Shown piece by piece: positions 59,832-64,000 of a stretch of 64,000 nt of DNA. Origin of the DNA: Phycisphaerae bacterium. Lineage in GTDB: Bacteria > Planctomycetota > Phycisphaerae > SM23-33. The stretch covers positions 47,662 to 111,661 of the forward strand of contig JBHGBE010000003.1 of NCBI GenBank assembly GCA_041946855.1, written 5' to 3'. A program made the position numbers and the translations under genes. Under the pieces are notes generated by a model. The model saw only the letters and a list, made by a program, of their open reading frames with translations. It made no database searches and had not been told where the DNA came from. Position 1 is the first letter of the stretch, and every line of letters starts with the position of its first letter.

Positions 59832-60758
59832 CTAGGTGCAGCACGGCGCGATGGCCGACAGGTCCTGAAGGTCCTTGCCGAGCGCCGCCGGGACGATCCG
59901 AGCGTGGCGGGCGTTCTCCGGCAGGGCCTCGCGCGCGAACTCCTCGCGGATCGCCTCGATCCACCACTGCTCGAAGTACCTGGCGAGCGAACCCAGCACG
60001 ATGACCTGTGGGGCGAACGTGTCCGCCAGGATCGCGCATAGCTGCCCGGTGCGCCTGGCGGCCTCGGCCAGCACAGCGCGGGCATCCACGTCGCCCTCGC
60101 GCGACAGCTTGTCCAGCACGCGGGCATCGGTCGGCAGCGCGAAGCGACTGGGGAACATCCAGTGCGCCAGTTTGCTCATCCCCTCGCCGCCGCAGAACGA
60201 TTCGACGCAGCCGGGCTTGCCGAACATGTCCGGCCCATCCTCCGCCAGGCGGATGTGCCCGACCTCCGGCGACTGGCCGTCGGGGCCACGGACGATCCGG
60301 CCGTCGATCATCAGGCCCGCCCCGATCCCCGTGCCGCAGGTCAGGTAGGCCGCGTGCGTCATGCCGCGGGCGGCGCCCCAGAGCCACTCGGCCAAGAGGC
60401 ACGCGGCCGCGTCGTGCTCGATCACGACCGCCAGGCCCAGCTCCTCGCGGAGGATGTCCGCCAGGGGGACGTTGTTCCAACCGGGCAGGTGCGGCGGGGC
60501 GATGACCAGGCCCTTGGCCGCGTTGAGCGGGCCCCCTATGCTCACGCCGACGGCCGCGATGCCCTCGTGCCTCTTGAGCATCGCCTTGGCGTGGCCGACA
60601 AACTCGTCGATCATCCCACGAGAGCCCTTGGCCGCCGAGTTCGACGGGTACTCGACTCGGTCAACGATCGCGCCGGCGGATGTGCCGACCACCGCGGCAG
60701 ACTTCGTGCCGCCGACGTCCCAGCCGAGGATGAGCCTGTCCGCCTTCTTCCGGCCCAC
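59832..60758 (-). CDS. ROK-family sugar kinase (glucokinase-like)
   Basis: LGWDVGGTKSA and the ROK Zn motif CGTGIGAG...GHIRL...CVESFCGG are present. Confidence 0.8.
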   Translation of the reverse strand: MGRKKADRLILGWDVGGTKSAAVVGTSAGAIVDRVEYPSNSAAKGSRGMIDEFVGHAKAMLKRHEGIAAVGVSIGGPLNAAKGLVIAPPHLPGWNNVPLADILREELGLAVVIEHDAAACLLAEWLWGAARGMTHAAYLTCGTGIGAGLMIDGRIVRGPDGQSPEVGHIRLAEDGPDMFGKPGCVESFCGGEGMSKLAHWMFPSRFALPTDARVLDKLSREGDVDARAVLAEAARRTGQLCAILADTFAPQVIVLGSLARYFEQWWIEAIREEFAREALPENARHARIVPAALGKDLQDLSAIAPCCT

Positions 60759-61454
60759 TCAGCCACCTCTGTCCTTCAGCCATGCCGTCAGTTCCCGCAG
60801 GTCGTTGCAATAGCGCGTCGCACGCTCGTGCGGGCGGCGGACGAGAATGCCTTCGATACCCGCCCGCCTGGCGCCCTGGAGGTCGGCCTCGAAGCTGTCG
60901 CCGATCATCCAGCGGATGCTCTCCGCGCCGAGGGCGTCGATTGCGATGGCGTATGCCCGCGGGTGCGGCTTCTCGAACCCGGTCTGGGCCGAGTTGAACA
61001 CGCGGGCAAACCAGCCCGCGATATCCAGCCGCTGGAGTATCAAGTCCAGCTCCGGCACGTTGTTCGTCAGTATGGCGTGCGTCCACCCCCGCGAGGTCAG
61101 CGTATCCAGTGCCCAGGCCGTTTCGTCGAACAGCCGGAACGCATCCGGCCGGAGATAGGCCCCGCGCACGAGCCGCGCGGCCTCGGGCGCGCGTGCTGGC
61201 TCGACGCCGACGGCCGTCATCGCGGATGCGAAGACACCTTCCATTGCCGCCCACCACTCGTCGGCCGTGCGTAGGTCCGTGTGCGGGACATCCGGCGTGT
61301 GCCAGGGAAAGCCCGACTGGAGATGCTGGCGGACCTGCTCCCGCGTCACCGCCAGGTGGGGGAACTGGCGGGTGATCACATCGAGCAACGCCCCCGTCCA
61401 GCCGCCGTCGCGCCGGGCGAGCGTTCCGTCGAAGTCCCAGAGCAGATATCGCAT
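60759..61454 (-). CDS. HAD-superfamily hydrolase
   Basis: LWDFDGTL (motif I), ILTNN, and K...GDSFEAD are present. Confidence 0.75.
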   Translation of the reverse strand: MRYLLWDFDGTLARRDGGWTGALLDVITRQFPHLAVTREQVRQHLQSGFPWHTPDVPHTDLRTADEWWAAMEGVFASAMTAVGVEPARAPEAARLVRGAYLRPDAFRLFDETAWALDTLTSRGWTHAILTNNVPELDLILQRLDIAGWFARVFNSAQTGFEKPHPRAYAIAIDALGAESIRWMIGDSFEADLQGARRAGIEGILVRRPHERATRYCNDLRELTAWLKDRGG

Positions 61455-61463
61455 TTGCCGCCT

Positions 61464-63653
61464 CTACCTGTCCATTTCCCCCCGGTATTGGGCGATGTAC
61501 TTCCTGAGCCGGGCGAGATAGTCCTCCAGGCCCAGGAGCTTCTCGTCGAGAATGAGGTAGGTCATATCGGGCGTGCGGTTGGCGAAGTGCCTGGCGCGGT
61601 CGCGGGCGAATACGTAGGGCTTGCCAGGAAGCGACATGCCCTTCGGCAGGCGTGTCCGCTCCCACAGCTTCACCAGTTCGGCGAAGACGCGGCGGCGGTC
61701 GGCCAGATGGTCCTCAATCAGCTTCGCCGCACGCTTGAGGTGGCCCAGGGCCGCGGGGCGGTTGGAGTAGTGCTCGCTCGACGCCAGGCATACGGCGTAC
61801 TCAAGCTCCCCGAGCATCGGAAAAAGCTCCGCGTTGTGGCGCATCAGCTCCACGCAGGACCGCATTATCTCCAGGTCGTAGCTGTTGGCCGCGCCGCGGG
61901 CGAGATTGTCGTCGATGATGGCCGTCGCGCGGGCCAGCTTGATCCTCTGCTCGCCGGCAAGGTTCACAAGCTGCCGGTATCGCCGCCGCCAGTAGTTGCT
62001 GATCTCCAGGTCGCCGCGCGGGAAATCGGGCAGGTGGACCTTGCCCACGTCGCCGCTGTGCCAGACCTTGCGCTGAAGCGTGTCGTAGTAGAACTCGGCC
62101 GTCTCCTGGAGGATGGCGAAGAGCTCGTGCATGTCCCGCGAACGGGGGCCGAAGTAGTTGCGGAAGAACCGGCGCGTCCATGCCTCCACGTCGCGCTCGC
62201 CGCGTGGCATGGGCGTCTCGCCCGTGCGTCCGGCGGGCATCTTGCCCGCCTTCCACGAGAACTCGGCCGCGCATACGAACCGCGGCAGCCACATCTGCGT
62301 GTGCAGGCCCGAGTCGTCCCATGACGTGGTGATGGAGCCTTCGACCAGCTTCTCGGCCGCCGCGGCCGCGATGGTCGGCCCGGTCTGGCCGAACACGCCC
62401 TCGCGCCTGCGGCCCGGCTCTTCCTGCCACATCGACCGCTCGATCCATGGGAAGTGCGGCAGGAACAGCGGCGTGATGCCGGGGTTGGGCCCGTAGACCC
62501 AGTAGATGTGCCCGGCCTTGTTGGCGGCGCGGAGGTAGCTCACGTCGCTGAAGTCAACGCACCGCATCGTCCGCGGCGGCGCGTGCGGCGAAGAGGGCTT
62601 CCACTGGCCGCCCCACGAGATGACCTTACGGCCGCGCTTTTCCAGGCGCTCGACGCAGCGGCGGATGAAGACCTGCATCAGGCCGTCCTTGCCGACGGCC
62701 TCGGCCCGCGCCTTGCACCCGCAGGCCTCGCCAAGGCCAAGCTCGTACGTCTCGTCGCTGCCGATGTGGATTAATTCGCTGCCCGGCGTGGCGTCGATGG
62801 CCTCATCCCACAGGTCAAAGAGCAGCTCGTACGTCCCATCCTTGAGCGGACAGAACTCCCAGTTTGAGTCGGCGATCTCGCGGAGGCGGCGGTGCCTGGG
62901 GTGCTTGAGTATGTACGAGACGTGGCCCAGGCCCTGCACCAGCGGCACGATCTGGACGTGGTGCTGCCGCGCGAAGCGGGCAAAGCCGCGCATTTGCTCA
63001 GGCGCGAACGCGCCGGGGGCGCCGACTTCCGGATGGCTGCGGTATGCGAACTTGTCCTCCCATTCCCAGACCAGCACGTTGACCTTGTACGAGGCAAGCT
63101 GGCGGATGAGCGACTCGACATAGCCGGCCGTCGGCTGGTGGTGCTTGGTATCGTAGTGTATGGCGCGGTACTGGACATCCGGCCAGTCGCGAATATCCAA
63201 ACACGGCGCGACTGCCGTGCCGTCGTCGCCGCGCTGAACGCACTGCCGCAGCGTTTGACAGGCGTAGTAGATGCCGGCCGCATCCGCGCCTTCGATAGTG
63301 ATCCGCCGCGGCGCGATGGTCAGGCGGTATCCGTCCTGCGGCAGTCCGGCCCGCCGCGATATGTCGATTGTCACAGCCCGCCCGCGCGGCCCGGCGCTGG
63401 CGACCTTCGCGTCGACACCCATTTCCGCCTTCAGTGCCTGCGCCAGGCATCTGGCCGCGAACACATCCTCGCGTGGCGCTCCCCTGTGCTGGATGATGGC
63501 CGCGCCATTGGCCAGGTCGCAGACGCCTTTGAGCGGCTTGATGACTTGCGGTTCGGGGATGAGGGAAAGCCCAAGCGATTCCAAGGTGTCTGTTGCCACT
63601 GGTTCTCTCCATGACGGCCGTGACATTACACACGGATGCACGCCGGCTGGCAA
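61464..63653 (-). CDS. Glycoside hydrolase family 20 (beta-N-acetylhexosaminidase-like) protein
   Basis: RDWPDVQYRAIHYDTKHH and HIGSDE (the GH20 catalytic pair) are present. The hairpin repeat lies in frame at 62193-62240. Confidence 0.75.
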   Translation of the reverse strand: MPAGVHPCVMSRPSWREPVATDTLESLGLSLIPEPQVIKPLKGVCDLANGAAIIQHRGAPREDVFAARCLAQALKAEMGVDAKVASAGPRGRAVTIDISRRAGLPQDGYRLTIAPRRITIEGADAAGIYYACQTLRQCVQRGDDGTAVAPCLDIRDWPDVQYRAIHYDTKHHQPTAGYVESLIRQLASYKVNVLVWEWEDKFAYRSHPEVGAPGAFAPEQMRGFARFARQHHVQIVPLVQGLGHVSYILKHPRHRRLREIADSNWEFCPLKDGTYELLFDLWDEAIDATPGSELIHIGSDETYELGLGEACGCKARAEAVGKDGLMQVFIRRCVERLEKRGRKVISWGGQWKPSSPHAPPRTMRCVDFSDVSYLRAANKAGHIYWVYGPNPGITPLFLPHFPWIERSMWQEEPGRRREGVFGQTGPTIAAAAAEKLVEGSITTSWDDSGLHTQMWLPRFVCAAEFSWKAGKMPAGRTGETPMPRGERDVEAWTRRFFRNYFGPRSRDMHELFAILQETAEFYYDTLQRKVWHSGDVGKVHLPDFPRGDLEISNYWRRRYRQLVNLAGEQRIKLARATAIIDDNLARGAANSYDLEIMRSCVELMRHNAELFPMLGELEYAVCLASSEHYSNRPAALGHLKRAAKLIEDHLADRRRVFAELVKLWERTRLPKGMSLPGKPYVFARDRARHFANRTPDMTYLILDEKLLGLEDYLARLRKYIAQYRGEMDR
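62193..62240. repeat. GC-rich hairpin element (cgtggcatgggcgtctcgcccgtgcgtccggcgggcatcttgcccgcc), intragenic and in frame
   Basis: It is the reverse complement of the ArnT copy. Confidence 0.7.
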
Positions 63654-63720
63654 CAGGACGGCCGTTTCCTCCCGGCGGCGATCCTGCTAGACTGTCGCCT
63701 CACTCTGCAAGGAAAACGCG

Positions 63721-64000
63721 ATGAAATGGAAACCCGATTGGGAGCAGACCAAGGAGCATTTCGTCAAGTGGTGGGACCGCAAGGGGCTCTTGGCGCAGGT
63801 TTTCGCGCCGGCCGACAAGCCGGTGGCGGATATTGCCAAGCCCGCTGAGCCGGCCGACATGCTGGTCCGCTGGCTCGACCCCAAGTACCGCCGCGCCAAG
63901 GCCGAGTACGAGATGTCGCGGACGTTCTACGGCGGCGACGCCTTTCCGTACTTCGACACCTACACCGGCCCGGGGGGCCTGGGCACTTTCCTGGGCGCCA
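63721..64000 (+). CDS. Hypothetical protein, 3'-partial
   Basis: An ATG follows AAGGAAAA. The frame is open to the window end. Confidence 0.3.
   Translation, partial: MKWKPDWEQTKEHFVKWWDRKGLLAQVFAPADKPVADIAKPAEPADMLVRWLDPKYRRAKAEYEMSRTFYGGDAFPYFDTYTGPGGLGTFLGA

Overview
This is a high-GC (about 65-70%) chromosomal segment, probably from a member of the Planctomycetota. The basis is a DUF1559/H-X9-DG-type protein fragment at the 5' edge, very large secreted and periplasmic proteins, GH20 and LysM proteins, and a conserved ffs-dnaX-ybaB-recR cluster. Most of the window is housekeeping: SRP RNA, dnaX, ybaB, recR, rpoN, rsgA, nfo, archease-rtcB, tRNA-Phe, ctpA, tsaD, larB/larA-like genes, nnrD, hscA-fdx-iscX, dapF, fumC, a ROK kinase, a HAD hydrolase and a GH20 hexosaminidase.

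The most unusual content is repetitive rather than genic.
- Family 1: short elements built from 7-nt-periodic tandem units, usually as an inverted pair flanking a 45-130 bp spacer. They sit at almost every intergenic junction.
- Family 2: a roughly 100-145 bp GC-rich palindromic element in three copies.
- Family 3: a GC-rich triple-hairpin element.

All three families also occur inside conserved genes (dapF, nfo, archease, a DUF2085 protein, a B12-radical SAM protein, an ArnT-like glycosyltransferase, a GH20 enzyme, a CoA-activase fusion, a TPR protein and a methyltransferase-UbiA junction). Each intragenic copy is stop-free and a multiple of 3, so it reads as an in-frame insertion or linker, in the manner of Rickettsia palindromic elements.

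Other loci worth a second look are:
- a methyltransferase-UbiA prenyltransferase fusion convergent with an operon of two paralogous small membrane proteins and a radical SAM/SPASM protein;
- a roughly 0.7 kb low-GC islet carrying a leaderless DUF5678-like gene and a retropepsin-like aspartic protease interrupted by an in-frame TAA;
- a solitary McrB-like AAA+ GTPase with an unknown N-terminal domain and no McrC partner;
- a lower-GC gene for a possible PD-(D/E)xK-like protein;
- a 0.8 kb non-coding region with a candidate structured RNA.

Many long antisense ORFs in the six-frame track are high-GC artefacts.
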